Assembly (NCBI GenBank): GCA_039630415.1 | Contig: JBCNVB010000002.1 | Span: 15,042 to 79,041, forward strand | Length of the DNA stretch: 64,000 nt | Direction of reading: 5' to 3' | From: a bacterium | Lineage (GTDB): Bacteria > DRYD01 | In this document: piece after piece, positions 1 to 10,017 of the stretch | How the letters are laid out: each line of letters begins with the position of its first letter | Position numbering within the stretch: the first letter of the stretch is position 1 | The notes under the pieces: model-generated | What the model was told of the DNA's origin: nothing | What the model saw: the letters and a program-made list of their open reading frames with translations, nothing else | The model's database searches: none | Made by a program: the position numbers and the translations under genes

Positions 1-1
1 A

Positions 2-1114
2 TCTATTTTCAGTGGTTCTTTTAGTGATAAAATAGGTGATGTAGTTAGATTTGGTGATAATTTACTAGCGGTTGGTAATACTTGGAGTTTTAGAAGGGAA
101 AGTCTTGATGATATTATGGTTAGTTATTTTGACAAGGATATGAATTTAATGGGATTTTATGTAATTTCTGGTAGTAGAGAGGATAAAGCTTTTAAAATTT
201 TCTCGGTTAATAATCAGCCTTATTTATTGTCTTCCACAAGGAGTGCTGGTTTTGGATCAACTTGTATAATGGTATCAAAGCTTGGAAGCGATTTATATCC
301 TACAAACTTTTGGGTTATTGGTTCTGTTCAGGATCAGGAACCACTTGACATTATTGAACTATCCCCTAATAAATATCTAATAGTTTCTTCGTATCTAAAG
401 ATGTCTGGTAACAAGGATTGTTTATTAGCAGTAGTCGATAGTAATTTTAATGTAACAAAAGCTTTTGCTTTTGGTGGAGCTTTTGATGAGAATCTAGTAT
501 CTATAGTCAAAAAATCTAAAGAAAGATTTTATTTTATATTTGAAACAAGATCTTTTAAACCTCAGGATAAGATGAATATACTCATTTCCTCATTTAGGAA
601 GACGGATTTAAGTCATGCAAGAAGTTTTGCTTTTGGAACTATGGAAGAAGAAAGATACCTATCACATATATTCTACCAAAATAATCTCTACGTTTTGTTT
701 TATAGCATGATAAATAAGCAACCAACTATAGGAGTTATTGTATTGGACAGTAATTTGGGATATAAAGGTTCGTATACTATTAATTCATTTTTCAACCTTA
801 GTAACATAGTGTATAGTTTTTATCCTATTGATCAGAATATTTGGGTAATAAACTATTTCAATGTAAATACTCTAGAGGATGTGGGTTTAATTAGAACAGA
901 GAATATGGTCGAACTTCTCCCTCCTATACAAAGCAAGCCAGACTTTAGTCCATTGAAGCTACAAAGATATTATATAAAGGTTGCAAGATATCCTAATATA
1001 GAAAGCTATCCTGTCGGACTTCAAACTCAAGAGGTATCACCTGATAGCTTTGTAGTTAGTAATGAGATACAAGTTAATTATTTCGATGCAGACTATAGCA
1101 CTATATGGAGATAA
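2..1114 (+). CDS. Repeat-containing (probable beta-propeller) hypothetical protein, 5'-truncated by the window edge
   Basis: The frame is open from position 2 (SIFSGSFSDKIGDVVRFGDNLLAVGNTWSF...), so the gene starts upstream. Repeating ~50-aa units carry GG/GS-x-x-D/E and (S/T)RSxG/F motifs typical of propeller blades. Confidence 0.6.
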   Translation, partial: SIFSGSFSDKIGDVVRFGDNLLAVGNTWSFRRESLDDIMVSYFDKDMNLMGFYVISGSREDKAFKIFSVNNQPYLLSSTRSAGFGSTCIMVSKLGSDLYPTNFWVIGSVQDQEPLDIIELSPNKYLIVSSYLKMSGNKDCLLAVVDSNFNVTKAFAFGGAFDENLVSIVKKSKERFYFIFETRSFKPQDKMNILISSFRKTDLSHARSFAFGTMEEERYLSHIFYQNNLYVLFYSMINKQPTIGVIVLDSNLGYKGSYTINSFFNLSNIVYSFYPIDQNIWVINYFNVNTLEDVGLIRTENMVELLPPIQSKPDFSPLKLQRYYIKVARYPNIESYPVGLQTQEVSPDSFVVSNEIQVNYFDADYSTIWR

Positions 1115-2238
1115 AAGCTTTAAGATATGTAGATATAAAACAAATTAGTGAGGATTTATTCATTGTAAGTGATCCTTTTTGCATAGCAGAAGATTTTGTT
1201 GTCAACAGAATAACTCTTTTGATAATGTTTTTGCTTGATGGTAGTAGAACTTTTGATCAGATAAGAAAAGAGATTGTTCATAAAACTGGGGTGTACATAA
1301 AGGATGAAGAGCTTAAGGAAATAGTTAGTTTTTTCGAACAAAATGGATTATTTTTGAATGATAGTTTTGAAAAGATACGTAAGCAAAGAGTTGAAGATAT
1401 AAGGAAAAAGGGATACCTAGATTTCTACTTTGCTGATAGGAATATACCTTCGAATCCATTAGATGCAATATCTTTCTTAAGGCTGGATAAGATAAAGCAG
1501 AAGGGCCAATATTTAGCGGCTATAATCCCTCATTTAGAAATAAGGCTTGCTTTACCAGCCTATCAAGTAGGATATGAAAATCTTGATAGAGAATCATTCC
1601 AGAGAGTTTTTATTCTAGGAGTTTCTCATTATTTTCATCAGGGTTTGATTTCGGTATTTCCCTACGATTTTCATACTCCTTTTGGAATAATTGAAACTGA
1701 TAGGCAAGTAGTCAGAGCTATTTCTAGAGAGTTCAAAATAGATATCTTTGAAAATTTATTGTCATATAAAAAAGAACATTCTATTGGTTTTCAATTACCT
1801 TTCATAAAATACTTGTTTAATAATCCCAAAGTTGTTGGTATACTGGTATCCTATACTGAAGATCTGGAGTATGCAAAAAAATATCTTAGTGATGTGGCAA
1901 GTTTTATATCAGCCAACTATCCAGATTCTGTATTTATCTCTAGTGTTGATTTTTCTCATGTTGGACGAAAGTTTGGCGATAAAAAGCTAATAGACCCCGA
2001 AGAAATTGATAGAAAATATATCTCTTTCTTGGATAATATCGATCCTGAAGGGAGTATAGAGTACTTAAAGAATATTAAAAATGAAACCAGAATAGACGGT
2101 GTAATGACTAACTATTTGTTTCTCAAGATTATTAAATTTTCTAATTTTACCAAGTCAAAAGTGCTTATTTATGAAAAATATTTTGAGAAGGAAACCAATT
2201 CTATGGTTTCTTACAGTACGATAGTTTTCGGAAAATGA
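1105..2238 (+). CDS. MEMO1-family protein (AmmeMemoRadiSam protein B) with N-terminal PqqD-like winged-helix extension
   Basis: Motifs IPH, ILGVSHY, DFHTPFG, KEHSIGFQLPF, SSVDFSHVG. The N-terminus has LLDGSRT...EIVSFFEQNGLFL, a PqqD-like pattern. Confidence 0.85.
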   Translation: MEIKALRYVDIKQISEDLFIVSDPFCIAEDFVVNRITLLIMFLLDGSRTFDQIRKEIVHKTGVYIKDEELKEIVSFFEQNGLFLNDSFEKIRKQRVEDIRKKGYLDFYFADRNIPSNPLDAISFLRLDKIKQKGQYLAAIIPHLEIRLALPAYQVGYENLDRESFQRVFILGVSHYFHQGLISVFPYDFHTPFGIIETDRQVVRAISREFKIDIFENLLSYKKEHSIGFQLPFIKYLFNNPKVVGILVSYTEDLEYAKKYLSDVASFISANYPDSVFISSVDFSHVGRKFGDKKLIDPEEIDRKYISFLDNIDPEGSIEYLKNIKNETRIDGVMTNYLFLKIIKFSNFTKSKVLIYEKYFEKETNSMVSYSTIVFGK

Positions 2239-3506
2239 GGTTTATACTGGAAATACTTGGTGATAAAACAGTAAAGCTTATTTATCGGAAAGCAGGCACT
2301 ATAAGGCAAGTAGATTATCCATCAATTTCACAAGTGGATCTTCAGGAAATAAAAAACAAGGAAATAGTCCTAATAGTGCCCGATAGTTTGATTATAACCA
2401 AATCTACATTGATACCTGTGGATATCAGTAGTATTTTAACTCTCAAATCTTTTTTGATAAAGTCATTACCAGTTAACCTAAATGAGATTTATAACGATTA
2501 TACAATTGTGGGTAATAAGTTATACTTTATAGGTATAAAGAGATCATCAATTGAAGAAGAGTTAAAAATAATAAGTAGAGTTAAGTCTAATATAAAGGCT
2601 GTTTTGCCTAAAAGTTTTGCTCTTAAAATGTATGCTAATTTGAATTCTCCTAGTAATCTGGCAGTAAATTTTAGTGAAGGATATTTATCTATATTCTGCT
2701 TTGATAAAGCTGGGTATTATTTTTTCGTAGTATTACCTTATGGTGTAGAAAACTTTGTAAATTCCGAAGATGAAATTCAAATAAGCAGGTTTATTAACGA
2801 AATTTATAGAATCATTTCTTCTTTTCAATCCCAGACAAAAGTTAACATAGAAAATTTCTATATTTTTGTTAATAAAGAGTATAAGGAACTTCCTGTTTTG
2901 AGTTATTTTTCCAGGGCTTTCACAGGATTAAATTTAATAACTGCTGACGATAAAAAGTATGAAGAAATATATTCCTTTATTCTTGATACAAAGGATTTCG
3001 AGATTGATCTTTCGAAAGACAAAATAGAGGAACAATATAAAAAGCAAGAGTTCATAGAAAACACAAATAGATCACTAAACTTAGTGTTAGTTGTAATATT
3101 TGTGTTAATTATACTTTCCTGGTTTGTTACGAATGATAACTTAAACAGAAGAAGAATGACTTTGGAAGCATTAAAAAATAACTATGAATCCCAAAGGATA
3201 TCAATTCAAAATACTTCACAACAAAATCAGAAGCAGGATATAACAGATCAAAAAAGTTTACCCTTCTATGAGATTTTTAAAAGATTAAACCAAGCATCCT
3301 ATAGCTATGTATATCTGGAAAACTTTGAAATTAAAGATCAAAAACTTATAGTATCCTTAATCAGTAGAAAATATTCTAACATTAATTACCTTATTTCTAT
3401 CATAGATGTACAAGGAGTAAATAAATCTGTCGAACAGGGATCTGAAAATAGCATAGGTAATCAACAATTTATCAAATCAAGAGTAAGCTTTACTGTACAG
3501 GAATGA
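2235..3506 (+). CDS. GspL-like / PilM-PilN-like fusion (type IV pilus or T2SS alignment protein)
   Basis: Cytoplasmic domain (LPVNLNEIYNDY resembles PilM/GspL IPF...DY), a single TM near aa 281-298, a coiled coil, and a PilN-like C-terminal alpha/beta domain. ATGA overlap with neighbours; PilT and pilins lie nearby. Confidence 0.55.
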   Translation: MRFILEILGDKTVKLIYRKAGTIRQVDYPSISQVDLQEIKNKEIVLIVPDSLIITKSTLIPVDISSILTLKSFLIKSLPVNLNEIYNDYTIVGNKLYFIGIKRSSIEEELKIISRVKSNIKAVLPKSFALKMYANLNSPSNLAVNFSEGYLSIFCFDKAGYYFFVVLPYGVENFVNSEDEIQISRFINEIYRIISSFQSQTKVNIENFYIFVNKEYKELPVLSYFSRAFTGLNLITADDKKYEEIYSFILDTKDFEIDLSKDKIEEQYKKQEFIENTNRSLNLVLVVIFVLIILSWFVTNDNLNRRRMTLEALKNNYESQRISIQNTSQQNQKQDITDQKSLPFYEIFKRLNQASYSYVYLENFEIKDQKLIVSLISRKYSNINYLISIIDVQGVNKSVEQGSENSIGNQQFIKSRVSFTVQE

Positions 3507-4348
3507 TGAAAAATAGATTATCTATCGTAAAAATCTTAGCTGTTTGCGTTTTGGTAGTTATTCTTGTGTTACAGATTATGAACTATACTAAGTCTTTGAA
3601 TCAGGTGAATTATCAAATAAAACTTTATTCGCAGTATCTTAGCATGCTTTCATTGAATCAGCAAGGTTCTGATACGAATACTAGGGTTTTGGTAGATTCT
3701 AAATATGTGAGAGAAAAATTTAGCAATTTCATTACTTATCTGGATGAAGTTGGAATTGCTAATATAGTTAACCTAATCAACATAGGTAAGGAAGACGATC
3801 TTCAAATAAGAATTAAGAGAGATTATTTTCTGAACTTTTTGGGATATATGAATGATAATTCAAAATCTTTTAAGATTAAGGATATGTCTATGTTGTCAGT
3901 TGATGATCAGTATGTTAATTTCAGGATTGTTGTGAGTTATTTGTATTCGTTACCTGATGTTGATTTTACGCAGTATTTTGTAACTCCGCAAAAGTTGAAG
4001 ATTAGATTTTGGGATCAAGAACTACAGTTACTACAATCTAAGCAAATTAGTCAAAATATAGATCAACAAAATCAACAGAATCAGCAATTTCAGCAACCTC
4101 CTCCATACCAACAGAATCAGCAAATCTATCAAGAGGAATTCAATATTGATCTAAAATACAAAGGTAGACTTGTCTTATCAGATAAAATCTTTGCAATTAT
4201 TGAGTATGAAGGAAATGAAGCTTTTGTACCTGAAGGTGGAATCCACAAGATAAAAAACTTTGAAATAAAAATAATTAAAGTAGAGAATAATTATTTGAGA
4301 ATTCAGGTACATGATAAATTTTACGATTACAAGATAGAACAGTTATGA
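3503..4348 (+). CDS. PilO/GspM-like protein fused via a Gln-rich linker to a PilP/GspC-HR-like beta domain
   Basis: N-terminal TM and PilO-like segment (YFLNFLGYMND...FKIKDMSM), Q/N/P-rich linker, and C-terminal LKYKGRLVLSDKIFAIIEYEG...VPEG. Confidence 0.5.
   Translation: MMKNRLSIVKILAVCVLVVILVLQIMNYTKSLNQVNYQIKLYSQYLSMLSLNQQGSDTNTRVLVDSKYVREKFSNFITYLDEVGIANIVNLINIGKEDDLQIRIKRDYFLNFLGYMNDNSKSFKIKDMSMLSVDDQYVNFRIVVSYLYSLPDVDFTQYFVTPQKLKIRFWDQELQLLQSKQISQNIDQQNQQNQQFQQPPPYQQNQQIYQEEFNIDLKYKGRLVLSDKIFAIIEYEGNEAFVPEGGIHKIKNFEIKIIKVENNYLRIQVHDKFYDYKIEQL
4052..4132 (+). repeat. Low-complexity CAA/CAG (Gln-rich) coding repeat, QNIDQQNQQNQQFQQPPPYQQNQQIYQ
   Basis: Directly visible imperfect caacagaatcagcaa repeats. 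Confidence 0.8.
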
Positions 4349-6741
4349 GATATTTGATTTTTCACCTACATTTTTATCAACCTCCAAGGATCAATCCATT
4401 TGTAGGTGAGATAGAATACCAAGATAGTGCATATCCTTTTGAAAATTGGAATGAAAGAATAACAATGGAATGTTATCTTCCTAATACTTTTGCAAGAATA
4501 TTTGATTCATCCAATTATATAATTGATATCATTAATAATTTAGAGTACGTTAGCTTTAATTTTGGACCTACTGTATTAGGTTGGATAAAGAAAAGACATT
4601 TAGAGTTGTATGAGAGGATATTGGAAGCGGATAGAAAGAGCATTAATAGGTTGGGGTTTGGAAATGCTATATGTCAGGTTTATAATCATGTAATAATGCC
4701 TCTTGTTAATGATTTTGATAAAGATATTCAAGTTTATTGGGGTATAAGAGATTTTGAGAATAATTTTGGGAGAAAACCTTCAGGGATATGGCTTTCTGAA
4801 ACTGCAGTAGACCTGAAAACACTAGAAAAATTGGCTGAAAACGGAATAAAATTTACTATTCTCGCACCACACCAAATCAAAAGATATAGAAAAATAGGAA
4901 CATCTGAGTGGATAGAAAATCATGGATCTTTACCGAATAAACCTTTTAGAATAAATCTTCCTTCAGGTAAAAGTATAGTTATTTTTGTATATAATTCTTC
5001 TTTATCACATGCTGTATCTTTTCAGGATCTACTTAGCAGTGGTGAAAAAATGGCCAAGAGTATAATATCGGAATATAGAGAAGATAATGATTTAATTGTT
5101 ATAGCAACTGATGGAGAAACTTATGGGCACCATAAAAAATTTGGAGAACTTGGACTGGCTTATTGTATACACTATCTCCTCTCTAATCCATCTATTCAAA
5201 TATGTAATTTCGAATATTATCTTCAAAATGTGGGAATTACATATGAGGCTGAAATAAATGAAAATACTTCCTGGAGTTGCTATCATGGAATTGGAAGATG
5301 GAAAGAAAATTGTGGATGCAGATTTAATCCAAATTCTACTCAAAAATGGAGAAAAAGTCTAAAAATAGCTGTAGATAGTATCAGAAATACCTATGAAGCG
5401 ATATATCTCCAAAATATAATTTCACTACCACAATTTTCATCATCAAACATAACAGATCCAAGAAGAGACTACATAGATTATATAATCCTTAGGGAAAATA
5501 TTTCGGATGAAAGAGGAGTTAAGAGTTTAATTGAAGACTTTAAAGCAAAGTATAATCTACCTGACGATGAAACGGCAAAAAAAGTTATAAATTCGCTCGA
5601 GATTTACAAAAATATTTTATTTGCTTATACTAGTTGTGGCTGGTTTTTTGATGATATATCTGGTTTAGAAGCTGTCCAAAATCTTAAGCATTTATACTGG
5701 GCTTTACTAAAAATAAAAGACATTTTTAAAATTGATCTGGAACCTGTGATAAATACTATTCTTAAGGAAGCACAATCAAACCACTATAGAGATGGTTTAG
5801 AAGTTTTTCATAAATTAGTGAAAGAGAAATGCCCAGACACTGAAAAAATAGTTGCTTCATATGTATTTGATAAGGTTTTTGAGTTGAATGTGCCTGATTG
5901 TTATCTAAATCGCATATGGAATATACAAGAGATAGCAAACTATAATACAGACAATCAGATAATACGTTATGGAAAGGTTAGATGTGTTAATCTCGATGAT
6001 TTTTCAGAATTTTGCAGTAACTATGTGTTTGTGTATTCTGGTAAGCTGGATCCATACATTGGATTAACTAAATCTGATCTTTCGAAAAGTATCGAAAATC
6101 TTGCTGTTTCTGGTAAAATATCTCAAATCCACGATCTAATTGACTCATCGTGCAATAGTAAATATTCGATAAATCACATTTTTATTAACTGCAGAAGAAG
6201 AATAATTAGAAAATTGATTCAGAATAATGTTTCTGAAATAGATTCCAAAATCGATCAAATATTCTCTGAGCAAAAAAATATTATTCGATCTTTAATTGAA
6301 GCCAACTACTATCCCATACCATTAGAGATGAAACTGGTAACTCTTTTGATTTTAGACAATCAAATTGAAAAGGCAATAGAAAATTATGATGAAACCTACG
6401 ATTATGATGAAATATTTTACTTTGTAAAGAACAAATCTATACTGGGGTTAGAACTTGATGAGGAAAAAATAAAAAGAAAATTTGAGTTAAAACTTAAGCA
6501 AATGTTAATAGAATTAAAGCAAGATTTGTTTAAAGGACAAAGTGTTAACCAATTGAGATTAAATCAAAAACTGGATAGAGTAATTAAATTCATTGATTTT
6601 GGTAATGAGTTGGAACTAAAATATAATCTGTGGGAATCACAGAATATTATGTTTGAGATATGTAAAATAAACGGTATAGATAGTAAAATTCTATGTTTAG
6701 CTAACAGATTAAAGATAAGATTTGCAAAAAATCCGGTATAA
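4345..6741 (+). CDS. Glycoside hydrolase family 57 with DUF3536 C-terminal domain
   Basis: HLHFYQPPR, WNERITMECY, SFNFGPT, YNHVIMPL, WLSETAVD (nucleophile Glu), ATDGETYGHH (acid/base Asp), SWSCxHG, YTSCGWFFDD. Confidence 0.93.
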   Translation: MRYLIFHLHFYQPPRINPFVGEIEYQDSAYPFENWNERITMECYLPNTFARIFDSSNYIIDIINNLEYVSFNFGPTVLGWIKKRHLELYERILEADRKSINRLGFGNAICQVYNHVIMPLVNDFDKDIQVYWGIRDFENNFGRKPSGIWLSETAVDLKTLEKLAENGIKFTILAPHQIKRYRKIGTSEWIENHGSLPNKPFRINLPSGKSIVIFVYNSSLSHAVSFQDLLSSGEKMAKSIISEYREDNDLIVIATDGETYGHHKKFGELGLAYCIHYLLSNPSIQICNFEYYLQNVGITYEAEINENTSWSCYHGIGRWKENCGCRFNPNSTQKWRKSLKIAVDSIRNTYEAIYLQNIISLPQFSSSNITDPRRDYIDYIILRENISDERGVKSLIEDFKAKYNLPDDETAKKVINSLEIYKNILFAYTSCGWFFDDISGLEAVQNLKHLYWALLKIKDIFKIDLEPVINTILKEAQSNHYRDGLEVFHKLVKEKCPDTEKIVASYVFDKVFELNVPDCYLNRIWNIQEIANYNTDNQIIRYGKVRCVNLDDFSEFCSNYVFVYSGKLDPYIGLTKSDLSKSIENLAVSGKISQIHDLIDSSCNSKYSINHIFINCRRRIIRKLIQNNVSEIDSKIDQIFSEQKNIIRSLIEANYYPIPLEMKLVTLLILDNQIEKAIENYDETYDYDEIFYFVKNKSILGLELDEEKIKRKFELKLKQMLIELKQDLFKGQSVNQLRLNQKLDRVIKFIDFGNELELKYNLWESQNIMFEICKINGIDSKILCLANRLKIRFAKNPV

Positions 6742-6754
6742 AGGAGGTTGGATT

Positions 6755-9514
6755 ATGGATTTAGGTATACCAACAATAATAATAGGTTTAGGTGGTACAG
6801 GATTAAAAACAGTAGTTAGTCTTAAAAATAAACTAGCCAATTTTAGGGGAGTGCTGGTAAAGTTCATTTGTATAGATTCAGATAAGAATGAGGTTTTGGT
6901 AAAAAAACTCGACCCTGATGAGTATATAAATATTGGTGTACCTGGGGTATCTGCTATAGTTAGTAATCTAAAGTTAGAAGCTGCAGAGTATATAAGACCA
7001 TGGTTTCCTTCGAATTTAAATTTTAAGATTGTATCTGGGGATGAGGGTGCTAAGCAATTCAGACCGATGGGAAGATTGTATTTGTTTAAGAATGTAGATA
7101 AAGTTTTCAACGCTTTGGATATGGCTACTAAGCAATTAAGAGCAAAGTTTGCTGAAGCTTCTAGTCCTTCCAAGACCATTAATGTATACATTATTTCCTC
7201 TGTTTGTGGTGGCACGGGTAGTGGAATGCTTTTAGATATAGCCTACATAGTTAGGGAAGTGGTAGAAGTGGAAAATGCATGTTCTGCGTTAATTAAAGGT
7301 GTACTATTTCTTCCTACAGCTTTTAGTCCTTTTCCGATATCTGACGTAGCTGAAAGGAATCATATATATGCTAACGGATATGCAACGCTTAAAGAAATAG
7401 ATTATTTCATGAGTCCTAATAAAGAAACAGAATTCGTAGCTAATTATAGTCACACAAGATCTATTCGAAACAAAAAACCACCATTTGACGTATGCTATCT
7501 TATAGATGATGAAAACGAAGAATTTCCAATAGGTAGTTTGGAAGATACTATTGATGCTGTTAGTGAATCTCTCATTATACTTCTAAGCTCAGGACTGGGA
7601 ACAAGTATTAAATCAGCCGAAGACAATCTATTTACTGTACTAAGTGGAATACAAAATATGCAACCCTATTCTGATAAAAATTACATGTATAGTTCATTTG
7701 GAACTTCAAGCATAATTTACCCCTATGAACAAGTTAAAAGATACGTTTCAGGAAATCTAGTAAAATTTATGTTTGACTCTCTTAATCAGGAAGTAAAATA
7801 TTCTCAAGTAGTTGAGATGATGAAGTATCTAAAGATAGATGAAACAGAATCAGATGATTTACTCGAATCGCTATATAACTATAGACCAACTATTTACACC
7901 GAAATAGTAGATCAAATACTACAAGTAAGTAATAAAAATCTCCAATCTTTTTTGAAGGGTAAATTACATGTGGATTATGAAAATATGGTGCAAGAAATCA
8001 AAAGTAAAATTGATCAAACTATGGATAGTTTGATTAGTTCAAAATTTGAGGAGTTAAAAAATCTCATTCAAGAGTATATAAAGAGTACTTCAAGAGGATT
8101 TTTCTGGACATACAATCTTCTAACTGATATGGATAAAGGATTTTTTGGCTACATAGAAAAAGTTAAAGAAATTCTAAGAAAGGAAATAGAACAACATAAT
8201 TTAACCATATCTAAACTCAAATCAAGAGTTGACACTCTTCAAGAGGCCATAATCGAAAAAAGTAACAATATCATTTTCAGAATATTAAACAGGAAGGATA
8301 GAAAGCTTATTTTTGATTATGCCAGAAGTCTATATGAATTGTACAATAACATTGTTCAAAAAACTCTAAAAGAATATGCCATAACTTTCTACACTAAACT
8401 ATCAATTTTAGTCCAAAGATACGTAGATGATGAAATCTCTAGAATATATAGTGTTTGGGAAAGATTCTATAAAGACTATGTTTCGAAATACTTATCCATA
8501 TCCTTCAGTAGTAGGCTTACTAGCTGGGGAAATAGAATAAACTTTTATGTAGCAAGCAAAGAAGTTATCGATAAAAATATAAAAATGATAATTGAAAACG
8601 AAAAAACTAAAATTATATCCCAACTCTACAGAATATTTGATAACTTCATAGGTATGAAGTATGAAAAAATTGCTACTTACGATAACAATCTACTAGATTT
8701 TATCGAGCAAAATTATCGGGATTACTTATATGTCGACATAGAGGATCAAGTTATAAGAGAGTTTGGATCAGAAGATGTGGTCATAAATAGATTAACAATT
8801 TCATCAAGTGTTCTGTATAGATATAGGCCACAGTTATTTAATGAATCTTATGTCAAGTACTATAAGGTTTTGGGAGTTAAGAATGTAAACAATAGCAAGT
8901 TTTTCAACATATCCAAGGTGCAGAATATAGAAGTTATTGAAAATTATAATCCTTTTAGAATATCTATGCTTCAAGTTAAGCATGGATTACCTTTATATGC
9001 TTTTGTTATGATTGAGCCTATGGAGAATGCCTATTTAGAACTTATTGCTTCTGATCCAGGATTACACATAGACCCACATTTCCAAAAATTTGACAACCTT
9101 ACGATAGATTATGAACTATCTACCAAAGATTACGAAAAATATCTCTACATTTACCTTGCTCTAAACTTGGGATTAGTTTACCAAGAAGGTATTAGCTTCA
9201 TCATTAATATAAACGAAAACAAAATGGAGTTAGGAAATAGCAGAAATGAGGTAATTGATAGTCTATACAATAAACTCAAAGACGAAAGTTTAATGCATAC
9301 AATAGCAGAACTTGTCAACCAAACCATATCTAACAAAGGTTTTGAAAATGTTCAAAACACTATAAAAGAACATCTCCAAAAAATTAAAAATAGAATTAAT
9401 TACCTTAACAACAAGAAAAATGTTACCAAAGATGAAATGACAGAGAAAGATTATTTGGAACAAGAATATAAAGTTTTAAAGAAATTCATAGAAACTACAA
9501 GCTTAGCAGTATAG
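6755..9514 (+). CDS. Tubulin-like domain protein (Tubulin_2/FtsZ-like, non-FtsZ) with long helical C-terminal region
   Basis: IIIGLGGTG, GAKQFRPMGRL, tubulin signature SVCGGTGSG, NGYATLKEID. AGGAGG RBS precedes ATG 6755, so the start is moved from the track's 6722. Confidence 0.88.
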   Translation: MDLGIPTIIIGLGGTGLKTVVSLKNKLANFRGVLVKFICIDSDKNEVLVKKLDPDEYINIGVPGVSAIVSNLKLEAAEYIRPWFPSNLNFKIVSGDEGAKQFRPMGRLYLFKNVDKVFNALDMATKQLRAKFAEASSPSKTINVYIISSVCGGTGSGMLLDIAYIVREVVEVENACSALIKGVLFLPTAFSPFPISDVAERNHIYANGYATLKEIDYFMSPNKETEFVANYSHTRSIRNKKPPFDVCYLIDDENEEFPIGSLEDTIDAVSESLIILLSSGLGTSIKSAEDNLFTVLSGIQNMQPYSDKNYMYSSFGTSSIIYPYEQVKRYVSGNLVKFMFDSLNQEVKYSQVVEMMKYLKIDETESDDLLESLYNYRPTIYTEIVDQILQVSNKNLQSFLKGKLHVDYENMVQEIKSKIDQTMDSLISSKFEELKNLIQEYIKSTSRGFFWTYNLLTDMDKGFFGYIEKVKEILRKEIEQHNLTISKLKSRVDTLQEAIIEKSNNIIFRILNRKDRKLIFDYARSLYELYNNIVQKTLKEYAITFYTKLSILVQRYVDDEISRIYSVWERFYKDYVSKYLSISFSSRLTSWGNRINFYVASKEVIDKNIKMIIENEKTKIISQLYRIFDNFIGMKYEKIATYDNNLLDFIEQNYRDYLYVDIEDQVIREFGSEDVVINRLTISSSVLYRYRPQLFNESYVKYYKVLGVKNVNNSKFFNISKVQNIEVIENYNPFRISMLQVKHGLPLYAFVMIEPMENAYLELIASDPGLHIDPHFQKFDNLTIDYELSTKDYEKYLYIYLALNLGLVYQEGISFIININENKMELGNSRNEVIDSLYNKLKDESLMHTIAELVNQTISNKGFENVQNTIKEHLQKIKNRINYLNNKKNVTKDEMTEKDYLEQEYKVLKKFIETTSLAV

Positions 9515-9585
9515 AATTTTTGGTAACATAGAAAGGGGTGTTATAATTGAAACTACTTGAAACCAAGTCATATAACAATGGAATA

Positions 9586-10017
9586 ATGAAATCCTATACT
9601 GAATATTGGGTTTTCAACACTAGAAAGAGAAGAGAGTATATCCACATAACTAGTAAAGTACAAGAAGCTGTAACCAAATCCGGGATAAAAGAAGGATTTG
9701 TGCTTGTATCCGCTATGCATATAACTGCATCCGTTTTTGTTAATGATAATGAAGAAGGTTTTTTGTATGATTTAGATAAGTTCCTAGAAAGATTAGCACC
9801 CTATGGAAAGCACCCAGACGGAGAAGAATACAGACACCATAACACAGGAGAAGATAACTGCGATGCTCATCTAAAAAATATACTGGTACATCACCAAGTG
9901 ATTATACCCGTTACAGAAGGTAAACTAGATTTGGGACCTTGGCAAAGAATATTTTATGGAGAATTTGACGGACAAAGAAATAAGAGACTAATTATCAAAG
10001 TTATCGGATTTAGCTAG
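9586..10017 (+). CDS. yjbQ: YjbQ/UPF0047 family protein (secondary thiamine-phosphate synthase)
   Basis: [37 protein letters not shown]. Start at ATG 9586 chosen by family length. Confidence 0.92.
   Translation: MKSYTEYWVFNTRKRREYIHITSKVQEAVTKSGIKEGFVLVSAMHITASVFVNDNEEGFLYDLDKFLERLAPYGKHPDGEEYRHHNTGEDNCDAHLKNILVHHQVIIPVTEGKLDLGPWQRIFYGEFDGQRNKRLIIKVIGFS

Noticed and set aside
6755-9514. Calling the tubulin-like protein FtsZ
   Set aside because: It lacks FtsZ hallmarks (GGGGxNA, NxDFAD T7 loop, C-terminal core peptide), is more than twice FtsZ length, and has no dcw context.
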